DNA of 64,000 bases, from assembly GCF_009914755.1 (NCBI RefSeq), contig NC_060942.1. The stretch is one strand, 5' to 3'. This DNA is from the human T2T-CHM13v2.0 reference genome, Homo sapiens. A model generated the notes under the pieces. It searched no databases. It saw only the letters and a list, made by a program, of their open reading frames with translations, and was not told the DNA's origin. The translations under genes were made by a program, and so were the position numbers. Below are positions 15,190 to 26,928 of the stretch, in pieces. Position 1 is the stretch's first letter. Each line of letters starts with the position of its first letter.

Positions 15190-15412
15190 CTACAGAAACA
15201 GTATATAGTTCCTTGAGCCCCTAGGCATGCTAGGCACTGTCACACACAAATGCTTACACTGGCCTGGGAGAAAGGTGCCACCATTATTTGCATTTTACTG
15301 ATGAGGGGACTTAAACCTGGAGCACTTAAGTAACTTGCTACGGTCTGCTTAGCAAGTCGGTGACAGAATCAGCAATGAATTGGCCGTCTCCTTCAAAGTC
15401 TGTGCTCTTTAA
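15190..15412 (-). mobile_element. MIR
   Basis: taggcactgt...cattttactgatgaggggacttaaacc...ttaagtaacttgc...caaagtctgtgctcttt. Confidence 0.7.
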
Positions 15413-15684
15413 AGTGGTCAGGACTGCAGGAGGTGACCTCAAGTCAGAGCTGGGTGGGGACCTTGGTGTAGTTGTTTCTACCACTAAGTTGGTGGTAAGA
15501 TCTTGGGCAAGTTATCCACTTCTATGAACTTGACTCCATCTAGCACAGTAAAAGGACTGTGAAGGAGGAATTAATAGGGAGGCACAAATTAAAAGAAGAC
15601 CAGTGAGAAGCTTTGGGTTTGGTTGGATTCAGTTGAATTTAACATTAGATATTTGGGTTATCTGGGAAGTTTGATTGTGGCAAT

Positions 15685-15894
15685 TTTTTTTTTTTTTTTT
15701 GAGACAGGGTCTTGCTCTGTAGCCCATGCTGGAGTGCAGTGGTGTCTTCATAGCTCACTGTAACTTTGAACTCCTGGGCTAAAGGGATCCTCCCACCTCA
15801 GCCTCCCTAGTTGCTGCAACTATAGGCACATGCCATCTTGCCTGGCTAATATTTTATTTTTTGTAGGCTTGGGGTCTTCCCATGTTTTCAAGAC
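15685..15894 (-). mobile_element. AluJ, 5'-truncated
   Basis: Poly-T then gagacagggtcttgctctgt...atagctcactgtaactttgaactcctgggct; TSD tgtggcaat (15676-15684, 15895-15903). Confidence 0.9.
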
Positions 15895-16160
15895 TGTGGC
15901 AATGCTTTTTTTTTTAAAGCATATTATTTACTATAGAGCTTTATAGAAATGTTAAATAGGACTATTGTTTAGTTAGTCCCATTTCTCCTTGCACTGTGAA
16001 CGTGGAACCTTAAAAATAAAAGTGTTGGCATTTAAAAAAAGCTTGACAATGCTTCAGTGAATTTAAATATATATAATATATATATTTCAATACTTGACAC
16101 TAAAAATATTAAGAGAAAATATGAGTTATTATGAAAATATCTAAGAACGATGTATTTGGA

Positions 16161-16199
<39 letters not shown>
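16161..16199 (+). repeat. (ATT)13 microsatellite forming the tail of AluY
   Basis: Perfect ATT repeat read directly from the sequence. Confidence 0.95.
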
Positions 16200-16482
16200 T
16201 GAGGCGGAGTCTCACTCTCTCGCCCAGGCTGGAGTGCAGTGTTGTGATCTCGGCTCGCTACAAGCTCCACCTCCTGGGTTCACGCCATTCTCCTGCCTCA
16301 GTCTCCTGAGTAGCTGGGACTACAGGTGCCCGCCACCACGCCTGGCTAATTTTTTTGTATTTTTAGTAGAGATGGGGTTTCACCATGTTAGCTGGGATGG
16401 TCTCGATCTCCTGGCCTCGTGATCTGCCTGCCTTGGCCTCCCAAAGTGCTGGGATTACAGGTGTGAGCCACCGTGCCCGGCC
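16163..16482 (-). mobile_element. AluY
   Basis: Diagnostic caagctccacctcctgggttcacgccattctcc and gatggtctcgatctcc; TSD tggaattatt (16157-16166, 16483-16492). Confidence 0.95.
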
Positions 16483-18335
16483 TGGAATTATTTTAATAAT
16501 CTTTGGTCATGCTGTCAGTTAACTTTATGGTAAATAAGTAATTGGAGTTTTAACTGTAGAATTTGTTTTGTTGAGATTCATTGCAAAACTGTGAGACTAC
16601 TTTGCAACTCCGTCTTGGGAGATTGGTGTTGAATCTTTCTGGTAAATGTTTGATTTGGATGTTAAGCTAACGTTTGCAGGGCCCCTGCCTGTTAACAGCT
16701 ACCTGGGCTTTGCCTGTTTGGCCTTGACTCTTCTTCCTAACCTGGGGTGAGGTCTGCAGGATCCATGTGAGGCCAGATGTGCTCCATGGGGAGAGTCTGG
16801 TGGGCAGATCCTGAGTGATGGACTTCCCATTTCTCTCTCCTTCTCTGCTTTGCTGTCAGGAGTATCTGTTTGTCTGAAGCCTGCTGATTCTTTCTGTTCC
16901 TCCAACTTCCTTTCTGTAATGCCAGTTGGTAGCTTTGGCTTTAAAATGGGCAAACCTCCTGCTCTCCTGGTTCAGAATTAGTGATTTTTATCCTTTCAGG
17001 GATCATGCTGTGGAACACACAGCAGCCTGTGGAGTCTGCTAAGCCCGATTCACAATGGAGCATTGATCCCTGCTGCTGTGTGGCACCCTGGCCTCTGCAG
17101 CATACACATGCTTGGGCCAGGATCAATTTTCAGTGGGTTTTAGGTCTGACACACTGGCTTTAGTTTATAGTAACATCGGGGGCTTGTGTCTGCCTAACCC
17201 CATCCTTTATAAAGTGGGGATCAGTGCCTTACAGATTTTGATGCCAACATAATTATTTATAAAATCATCACATTACATAAGATGTGCTGTTTTTCTTTTT
17301 TCACACAAGAAATGATTTTCATTTGATGTATTGATCAGTGTAGTTACTGGGAATTGAGCCCAATACATTTATTCTTTTATTTGAGATCTGCTAAAATTGT
17401 CTCTTCCTTCGGAAGACTGAAAAATGATCCAGGTTGTGAATGAGTTGTTCCAATTCTTTTCATGCCGAGCAGGGCTTTACACTAAATTTGGGACCTGAGG
17501 GGCCAGATTTAGGATCTGGAGGGTTAAGAGTGAGACACAGCGGCTGCCTGGCCACATGCCAGATGCAGGAGGTAAGGCTGGAGGTTCGTGACCAGTTTGG
17601 ACATAGCTGCTGCTCTGGTAAAACACAAACATCAACAACGAAAACTTGATTCCTGTGGAATATGTGCTATAATCTAGGAAACAGAGATTCTCTGGTATGG
17701 GAAATCCTTGAAGTCTTGGCATTAGTGACAGCACCTGGAAATACTCATTCCAATTCAAATGAGTCTGAAGTGGGCCCTGGAGGGGCTGCATGGGGAAATT
17801 TGCAAGTGGTGTCTGTGCCGGGAATGTTAAGTATTGATGGTGATGCTGAATTTATGAATATGGAAAGAATGCGTGTACTCAGAAGGAGGATGCAAACAGA
17901 TTTTAAATTTTATTTTGACATTACCTTCCAGTGCAGTGCATGGTTAGCAGTAACTGTATACAGAAAGGGCCACAGAGGCTTTGGTTTCTGAAAGATGTCT
18001 GGGAGCTGCCCTGTTCACCTGGTGCCATACTTCCTCAGAAATACAGAAAGAGCACGCAGCAGCCAGCAAAGGTGTACTTCAGCTGGTGTCCCTATTTCTT
18101 CTAATTTAGTGTTGGATGGAATGATAAAATAGTTCTAATATGCTCATATTTGTCTGTGGTAGTACACAGTAATTTTCAGTTTATTTGATATAGCTGCTAT
18201 AGGTCCTCAAAATAGAGTTTTGAATTTTCTTTCTTGGTGCTGACAAATTGATACCATTTGGAATACAGAGAAAAAGTTTCAGTGCAACACAGGTGAATTT
18301 TTTAATAGGATATACTAAGTAAGTTTAATCTCTGG

Positions 18336-18551
18336 CAGGGATGTCCGATCTTTTGGCTTCCCTGGGCCGTGTTGGAAGAAGAGCTGTCTTGGGCCACACA
18401 GAAAATACACTAACACTAATGATAACTGATGAGCTTAAAAAAATCACCAAAAAAACCCATGTTTTAAGAAAGTTAACAAATTTGTTTTGGGCCACATTCA
18501 AAGCCTTCCTGGGCTGCATGTGTCCTGTGGGCCATGGGTTGGACAAGCTTG
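18336..18551 (+). mobile_element. MER30 hAT-Charlie MITE
   Basis: cagggatgtccgatcttttggcttccctgggcc...gggttggacaagcttg matches both MER30 ends. Confidence 0.9.
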
Positions 18552-19538
18552 CTGGAGTATTAATAAATATTGTGAAGCAGAAAGGCTGTGCTTATATAAA
18601 ATTTTGATGATAAATTCTTAGAAATTAGCTGTATTTATCACACTCATTTTCTTTTAAGAAATCAGCAAAAATGTCCCCCCCCCACTTCCGTTCTAGTACC
18701 ATACTTTGTAGCAAAGAGTTTTTGGAAAGAAAAGAGATTCTTGTTCATAGCACATCATCATTCTTTTCTCCTATAGATGTATAAGGGAGGCAAGGTGAAA
18801 ATGAGCTCGTCTTTTTAAGCTCTTGTCGTGAATCGAACCAAATCTCTTTGGTTATTTTAAGGATTATTTCCTTGGTTATTTTGCAGAGTTCCAGTTGTGT
18901 GGGATGAGTTAATGTTAACCATACACTACTTATTTGCAATGTTACCTGTTGTGGACAGCTCTGGTTTTGCTTAAGCGTGTGAGGTTCAGGCCCTCATTCT
19001 GCAGTCTGAGGCTGTGGTAGTGATTTGGGAGAGGTCTGCCGTGTTGTCAGCCCAGCCCTCCCAGTCCAGCTCTACCAGGCAAGTCCTCCTCTCCTACTTA
19101 AGCACAGACCAAGAGCTGACATGGGATTAGGTGATATGTGGGGCCTGGTTCCTGCCATTGCAGAGCATGACAGACAGGGAGAGGGTGTGGCTTGAAACCT
19201 GGGAACCTTGTTTCTGGGGATGAGCAGGATGTAGGAAGTCAGGAAGGCAGGGAGCTTTTCTGGAGTCCCTCTCAAAGCAGCCACTCCCTTTACTGGTCTG
19301 CAGGACCAGGCAGAGTGGGAAGTGGGAGGTGGCTGCTCAGCACTTTGCTACCTGTTGTCTTTCTGAACTGAAGACTCAGACCATCTTTGAAAGTCCTGCG
19401 GATCTAGTGGCCTGCACTGGGTGTTTGGAGGAAGACTCCTCTCGTGAATAGTTTAAAGCTAGAGAAGCAAGTGGTTGCCATTCCTTGTTCCCTGGGACTG
19501 GTAATTTAGGGGACCCTTAGGATCTGCACAGGTCCAGA

Positions 19539-19606
19539 AAGAAGAGGCATCTTACTGTGGTTGCTTCTGTGGAAGAAGAGGCATCTTACCGTAGTGGCTT
19601 CCATGG
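19539..19606 (+). repeat. Tandem duplication, 2 x 34 bp
   Basis: aagaagaggcatcttactgtggttgcttctgtgg / aagaagaggcatcttaccgtagtggcttccatgg. Confidence 0.9.
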
Positions 19607-19709
19607 CTGTGATCTTGGATGGGCGGGGCCAGATGGGGAGGAGACAGCAGGGATTTGGCTTCTTTTTCTCCCCTTCCCAGACCTGTGCGGTTGGAGAGCT
19701 TCTTATCCC

Positions 19710-19757
19710 AGTTAGCAGAGAAGGTAAAATCTGAAGTTAGCAGAGAAGGTAGAAATC
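19710..19757 (+). repeat. Tandem duplication, period 25 bp
   Basis: agttagcagagaaggtaaaatc / agttagcagagaaggtagaaatc. Confidence 0.9.
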
Positions 19758-20359
19758 ATTTTTGATTTTTTTTTCATGTCTGACTTTGAATTGTTGAATT
19801 CATCCAAGGGTAAATATTCCTCTGTATACCACACTAGCCATAAGCACACAGTCACATATACTGCACATTAGATAGAGCGTGATGGTGACTTACAGGTCCT
19901 GCTTAATGGAGGTGAGCGAGGTGGTTTTATGTTATTTGGCTAATTTGTATTTGTTTAAAGGATAACTAGGCTGTTTCCCTTGCCCTTCATTATCTTTCTA
20001 GTTCATAACCTTTTTCTCCAGGCACAGACCTTGGCTTTGGTTGAGTGGGGAGGGAGGATGTCTTGTTTTCTTTAGTCTGCCTTACAGATGCTGGAGGAAG
20101 CTCCGTTGTTACTTTCAGGTCCCTGAATTCCCCAAAAAGCAGATTTTAAAAATCTTGGCCATGGATTTTCTACCTTGTTTTGGTGGAAACTGCTCTATTG
20201 GAAGTTGCCTGACTCCACCCAGCTCATCTGGGGGCTCCCAGAATTTTACTTGTAACCCATCAGATTTGCTCTTCTCCTGCTTGTAGACACTCAGGTGCCT
20301 AACCTGGGAGGTTTTCATGGGAACTTCACAAAAGACTTCAGAAAGGTGGAGAAGGAATT

Positions 20360-20510
20360 GCCGTTTATTTAGTACTCAGTGTATGCCAGGCCCTGGGTGC
20401 AAAGTTGCCAGTGTTACTGCATCAAACATTCTCACCAGCTCCTTAAGGGAGCTTAAATTAACACAATTTTAATGATGCAGAAACTGAGATCTGGAGCTGC
20501 GAGGAATAGA
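20360..20510 (-). mobile_element. MIR fragment
   Basis: gtttatttagtactcagtgtatgccaggccctggg...ttttaatgatgcagaaactgagat. Confidence 0.65.
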
Positions 20511-20679
20511 GATAGCTTAAGCATGTTTATTACAGAAATTCTCACTGCAACCAGTTGCTGGTTCTTTTCTTCACTCACTGGCATGTGGAAAAAGCCTGTT
20601 GATAAATTGTGATAAGAACGACTGATGTGCTGGGGTGTGCCGAGTTGTCTCTTCTGCACATCTCTCTCCTAGTGAGGGA

Positions 20680-20806
20680 GGCAGCTAGCCTAGCCTAGGA
20701 TTAGGCTGGAGCTTGCACTCGGGAGCCGTATTTCTGGGTTCAGATCTTGACACCACAGGCCTTCTTGTGTGACCTCAGATAAATTACTTAACCTCTTTGT
20801 GCTTCA
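20680..20806 (+). mobile_element. MIR 5' fragment
   Basis: ctgggttcagatcttgacaccac...tgtgtgacctcagataaattacttaacctctttgtgcttca. Confidence 0.7.
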
Positions 20807-23773
20807 CAATTAGTGATGTTTGTTAAATAAATTAAGCAGTTGAGTACAGTTCTAGTGATCTCTTACCACTGAAGGGGCAAAGATTTCTCCTGCATGTGCC
20901 AGCTTGATCTGGCAGAGGACAGGGTTGTGAGGCCCTCTCTGTGATACGTGCTAGGCTGCTGAGTGCTAAGATGTCACTTTCCTAAAATAAGTGTCCTGGA
21001 TGCCGTAGGCAAGCCACTCATTCCTCGCTCTGCCTTCCTCGGAGCACTGCTCATCCTCTCTTCGTATATCAAAGCCCCCACACTGAACACGATTTCCTTT
21101 TGCCCCGCTGTCTGATATTTAATCCCGAATGGTGTAGGGGGTGAAGAGAGTGGAGTGAGGCAGTAGCCAGCTTATTACAGCTCCAGCCTTACCAGCTGCC
21201 TGTGTGGTGGCCTTTTAGGGCCATTGGGCCCTCCTGCTCTACAGGATCTCTCTCCCACCTGTTGCAGTAATGAGTGAAACCCTAAAGCCTTTCACTCCCC
21301 GGTCAGACAAGATGCTGGGAAGGCAGCGTTCCTGGGAGAGGCATCAGGCTGACTGATATTCACATCAAAGGAACGAACAACTCCTTTCTTTCTGAGTAGG
21401 CTGTTTTAGAGACGACAGGATAGACATACCTTGAGAGTATTGAGATGACTTGGGAAAAAGAGGCATGGATAGTCTGGAGATACAAAGAATACTTTTTTCT
21501 GATTCAGGTTTTATTTGGGGCCAGCATGCTTCTGCACACTCCTGACTTCACACAGATTCAAATACAGCTTGTCCAGAACAAAGACGGTTTCTACTAATTT
21601 TTTACATTCCATTTTTATGAAACATTCTCAGAGTTCCAAGGAAAAGAGAATCCTGTTGTTCTGTGAGATTACATTAAGAACCACTATATTGGTTATCTGA
21701 TTTTCTTTTTCTTTCCTTTGAAGCTCTACATTGATCTCTGGAATTAATGTCAGTGAGCTTTTGAGGTCTCTAAAATGAGAATGGGAGGCACCTGGCTCCT
21801 TTTCAACCCCGAGAAGTTGAATGAAATTGGTGTGGGGATATCTGTGGAGTCAGATTTCCTTTGGATTTTTCATTTAACCCCTTGAGCCTTGAGCTAAAGG
21901 CACTGATTTTGTTCATGAAGGGCCTGCTCCCATTCTTGCGTCCCATTCTTGAGCCATGCTGACTGGAGATGACCGGTGACAACCACATCCAACTGCCCAC
22001 AGCTGTCTTCGGGAAGCTGGAGAATTAGAATAGTATTGTCTGCTCTGAAACAGCCTGGAGAATTTTAGAGCTCTCTGGGAGCAGGGTGGGGTATGGGATA
22101 AGGGAAGATGTGATGAAAGAGCAGCCTTTCCCAGTTAGAACAGATGTAGGAAGCAAGCAACCCCAGAAACATCTGGAAAACTCTTAAAGTGCAGGCTAGT
22201 CCCTGTGCACCCCATAAGGTCGACTGATTAGAGGCAGTGGAGGCAGATGTCAGGGTCAGCTCTCTAGGATGCCCTTCATAATTCCTGTTTTCTTCCCCAG
22301 GGTATGTTTGTGCTATTATTAAATGATTACACATGCTTGTTCATTCCTTCCTAGTGTATACTTTCTAGCTAATGTCATTTCAAGCTAAAAATAAGTCTGG
22401 TCCTTAGTTAGAGTTCCTGAGATTTTTCTGCCCAGCCGTCTGTCTTTCTCCTGAGATTTGGGTCTTCTCACATCATAGTGAAGTTTATCCTCCTGGTCTG
22501 TCTTTGCATAGCTGTAAATGATGGGAGATTCTGGATGATGAGACAAAGTTCCCAGCTCACTACCCAGCTATGACCTGCATAGGGGGACAGCAGCATAGGT
22601 AGTCCTGTGGCGAAGCGTTGGCCTGGAGGACAGGCCTAGGTGCTCACTAGGTGCTCACTGCCTGGTGCTTTGGGGCGCCATTTCCCCTTTCGGAGAACCA
22701 GAGTCCTCTTGCATAGAATGAGATCATGGAATAGCAGTGCATTCTAGAAACTGCCTGTCTCCTTTTTTTTTTTTTTTTTTAAAGGCAAGCCCTGTCTTCA
22801 AACAATTTTGTATGGAATCTCAGTTTAAGAAGATATTTACTGTCCGTGGAACTGACAACCATTGCACCCCCTCTTCTCTTCATTTGCTGGTGTGGTTCCC
22901 AGGCATGCCTGCAGTTGAGGGCAAGACAGTTTCTGATCTACTGCCATTGGAGGATCTCCCAAACCCTGTGAGCTCTTGAGTGTCTGATTACTGCCCAGGG
23001 ATGACCATTAGCCTTGAGTTAGGGAGAGTATTTCCACAGAGGTGAGAAGGTAGTTCCCATGGATTCCTAAAGGTTTAGGAGGAACTGGCCTCACCAGATG
23101 GTGAGAATTTTGCTAATGATGGCTGCTAATGAGGGACACTTCCCATGTTCCTGGTAATAAGAGTTGTGGCAATTTTGTTTCCTTGGGAACGTCCTAAACA
23201 AATGACTTACACTATTCTGTTAGTAGTGGGAATTGGAAGGCATTTTCATGACAGTGATAATTATATTACAAACATCAACAGGGAGACCCATCAGATAAAG
23301 TGGGATAGGAAAGAACAAGACAACACCTATTGGGCATTTTGAAAAGCTGATAAGGTAAATGGTCATTTTAAGAAAGGTCTCAAAGACTCCTTCAACTAGA
23401 AAACTTCTTATGCTGACCTTGAAATTAGGGCAAACTGACAAGAACAACTTATTTGATAGGAATTGCTGGGTTTTGCACAGTGGTTCTAAGTGAGGTTCTC
23501 AGACTTGGGTTCCTGTGATTATTCTCAGCCAACATGAATTTCACGTAATTTTTAAACTTTAAAATCTGGGTGTCTTAAAGTGTTTTCTATCATTTATGAA
23601 AGTCCGTTTTAGAATTTTTTTTTTTCTAGTATTAAGTCAGTGTTTCTCCAACCAGTGTCCTCCAGAACCCTTTAAGAAGACATTGTTTGGGTCCTTGAAA
23701 ATTATTTTTCTTCAAAAATTTTCTGAACTTTATTCAAGTTTGAGAAATACAGACTAGGAGACAGGCTGGGGTA

Positions 23774-25293
23774 TAATCATGTGTCACATAGCATTGTTTT
23801 GGTCAACAGTGGACCACATGTATGAGGACACATATAATCCCATACAATTATAATGGAGCTGAAAACTTCCTATTGCCCAATGACATCATAGTCTTCAGAA
23901 GATTGTAGCACAACGCATTATTTGTGTTTGTGGTGATGCTGGTGTAAACAAACCTACTGTGTTGTCAGTCATATAAAAGTATTACACAATTCTGTTCAGC
24001 ACATGATTCTTGATAATAAATGACTATGTTATAGGGTTATGTATACTTTTAGATTGTTATTTTAGAGTGTACTGCTTCTTCTAATTAAATAAAAAGTAAC
24101 CTGTAAAAGCAGCCTCAGGCAGGTCCTTCAGGAGGTATCTAGAAGAAGGCGTTGTTATTCTGGGAGATGACAGCTCCATGTGTGTTATTATGGCCCCTGA
24201 AGACCTTCCAGTGGGACAGGATGTAGATGTGGAAGACAGTGATGTGGATGGTCCTGACCCTGTGTAGGCCTAGGCTAATGTATGTGCCTGTGTATTAGTT
24301 TTTAACAAACAAAAAAAGAAAAACATATATAAAAGAGCTTAGAAAATAAGGATATAAAGAAAGAAAATATTTTTGTAAGCTGTACAATGTGTTTGTATTT
24401 TAAGCTAAGTATTATTACAAAAGTCAAAAAGTTAAAAAAAATTAAAAGTTTATAAAGCAAAAATGCCACAGTAAGCTAAGGTTAACTTATTAAAGAAATA
24501 AAAATATGCTTAAAAAAGTAAATTTAGTGTAGCCTAAGTGCACAGTGTTTATAAAGTCTATAGCAGTGTGCAGTAATGTCCTAGGCCTTCCCATTCACTC
24601 ACCACTCACTGACCCATCCAGAGCAACTTGCAGTCCTGCGAGCTCCATTCATGGTAACTGCCCTATACAGGTGTACAATTTTTATCTTCTGTACCATATT
24701 TTTCTATGTTTAGATAGACAAATATTTGCCATTGTCTTACAGTTACCTACAGTATTCAGTGTAGTCACATGCTGTACAGGTGTATAGTCTAGGAGCAATA
24801 GGCCATACCAGCCTAGGGGTATAGTAGGCTTGATATGGTTAGGCTGTGTCCCCACCCAAATCTCATCTTGAATTCCCACATGTTGTGGGAGGAACCTGGT
24901 GGGAGGTAATTGAATCATGGGGGCGGGTCTTTCCCATGCTGTTCTCATGATAGTGAATAAGTCTCATGAGACCTAATGGTCTTATGAGGGAGAGTTTCCT
25001 TGCACAAGCTCTCTTTGCCTGCTGCCATCCACGTAAGATGAGACTTGCTCCTCCTTGCCTTCTGCCATGATTGTGAGACTTCCCCAACTGTGTGGAACTA
25101 TAAGTCCATTAAACCCTCTTTCTTTTGTAAATTGCCCAGTCTTGGGTATGTCTTTATCAGCAGCATGAAAGCAGACTGATACAAGGCTCTACCATCTAGG
25201 TTTGTGTAAGTGTACTTTGTGATGTTCACACAATGACAAAATTGTCTAACTATACGTTTCTCAGAACGTGTCCCTGTCATTGACACATGACTG
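23774..25293 (+). mobile_element. Tigger3b (GOLEM) DNA transposon, interrupted by THE1B LTR
   Basis: TIR-like ends taatcatgtgtcacata ... gacacatgactg with TA flanks; degenerate acidic transposase C-terminus at about 24113-24267 on +; strand given relative to the transposase. Confidence 0.9.
24831..25183 (+). mobile_element. THE1B-type MaLR solo LTR
   Basis: tgatatggttaggctgtgtccccacccaaatctcatcttgaatt...cagcagcatgaaagcagactgataca; 5-bp TSD AGGCT (24826-24830, 25184-25188). Confidence 0.95.
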
Positions 25294-25419
25294 TAACTAA
25301 GACCACAGGTTACATGAATTCCTTTCATATGTGTTTGGAATAACATGTTTTTTTGCTTTGTCTCATTTTTCAGAAGGGAGAGAAAGTAAAGTGAACTAAT
25401 TTGCATTGTGTATGTGCTC

Positions 25420-25446
25420 TGTGTGTGTGTGTGTGTGTGGTGTGTG
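25420..25446 (+). repeat. (TG)n microsatellite
   Basis: About 10 perfect TG units plus an interrupted extension. Confidence 0.9.
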
Positions 25447-26634
25447 CATGTATGACAGGCAATCTACTGTTATGCTACAGTTTACTTTTGCTCTCTTTTC
25501 TGAATAAATGTGCAAAATGTGTATGGAACCTGTTGTGAAGGTGCTGGCCACATTTTCTGATGCTTTAAGGACAAGTGATCCTTATTCTGCTTGAGAAATC
25601 TTCACGGCCTCATTTTTCACTGCATCAGATAATTTAAGTCTACGTTCTGGGCATTCCTCATGCCGATTTCTTCTTACAGATTTATCGCACTTTCTATGAT
25701 TCCCAACATCTCTTGACCAGGCTGGTCAGACCTGTCTCTCAATTGTTCCACGATTCACTTTGATTTTATCAGCCTTGGACCCTTGCTTCATATTAGACCT
25801 CTTATTTAAAATGTCTTACCTTCCATTTATCTAAATCCCAACTTAATGTTTGGACTAAGTCATAGCTCTTCAGTGAATGGGAGTGAAGCTGTACGAAATC
25901 ATTGCATTCTAGCCAGGTCCTCCAAAATTGGATATGTGAGAAAGAGAAGCTGAAATGCCCTTCTCTGTAAGGTTCTCACTCATTTCTGTTGTTTCTTTCA
26001 TTTTGGCTTCAGGGAAGGTGTAATTTCTTTTAGCATTGTGTAGGTGAGGCCAGTCACTGCAAGAAGGCTTTGTAAAATAACATGTAACTAATTGGGCTTA
26101 CAAAGTGGAATGTACCTAGCTCCCATCGAGTAGAAGGGAGGGTTCCCTTCATGTGTTTCTGCCACTCATGCTCCCAGCTCCTATTCTGCTTCCATCTCTC
26201 TCCATGAACAGTTTATAGGCAGGAGGGCAGGACCTGGAGGGTAACAGAAATCGCCCTCTTACCTGGCTCAGGAAACCAGCGTCCCATCTGTGATTCAGTT
26301 GCCACTGTAGTGTTTATCCACTTGAGGGCAGATATCACCCCATGTGCCTGGGAAGATAGGTTTGCTTATGACCTCAAAGGACAATTGGAGGGCTCTCAAA
26401 CTTGGGTACCTATGGTAATTCAGATACAACACCAAGCATCCAACAATCCTGTAAGGATGTTGCATGGAGATTTTGAAGACTGTTCATTTAAAAACTCCCC
26501 CAGTCATTCTCTTCTCTCAGCTACTCCATACAATTTAATCCTTAATTATATTTTGTCATGTTCCCCTTTTTCATACAGTAGATGCTCAATAATGATTTCA
26601 GTCATATTGTTTCTTGAAATAAATTGAAAATACC

Positions 26635-26928
26635 GGCCAGGCGCGGTGGCTCACGCCTGTAATCCCAGCAGTTTGGGAGGCCTAGGCAGATGGATCATGA
26701 GGTCAGGAGATCAAGACCATCCTGGCCAAAATGCTGAAACCTGATCTCTACTAAAAATACAAAAATTAGCCAGGCATGGTGGCATGTACCTGCAGTCTGA
26801 GCTACTCAGGAGACTGAGGCAGGAGAATCAGTTGAATCCAGGAGGTGGAGGTTGCAGTGAGCCAAGATTATGCCACTGCACTACAGCCTGGGTGACAGAG
26901 CGAGACTCCGTCTCAAAAAAAAAAAAAA
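26635..26928 (+). mobile_element. AluSc-like SINE
   Basis: ggccaggcgcggtggctcacgcctgtaatccc...gatcatgaggtcaggagatcaagaccatcctggccaa...poly-A; TSD aaaatacc. Confidence 0.95.

Noticed and set aside
16150-16422. 90-aa ORF with poly-Leu resembling a signal peptide
   Set aside because: The poly-Leu is the (ATT)n Alu tail and the rest is antisense AluY translation
22281-22307. Strong acceptor followed by G|GTATGT
   Set aside because: An extra G separates AG from GT, so it is not a zero-length recursive site, and a 1-nt exon is implausible
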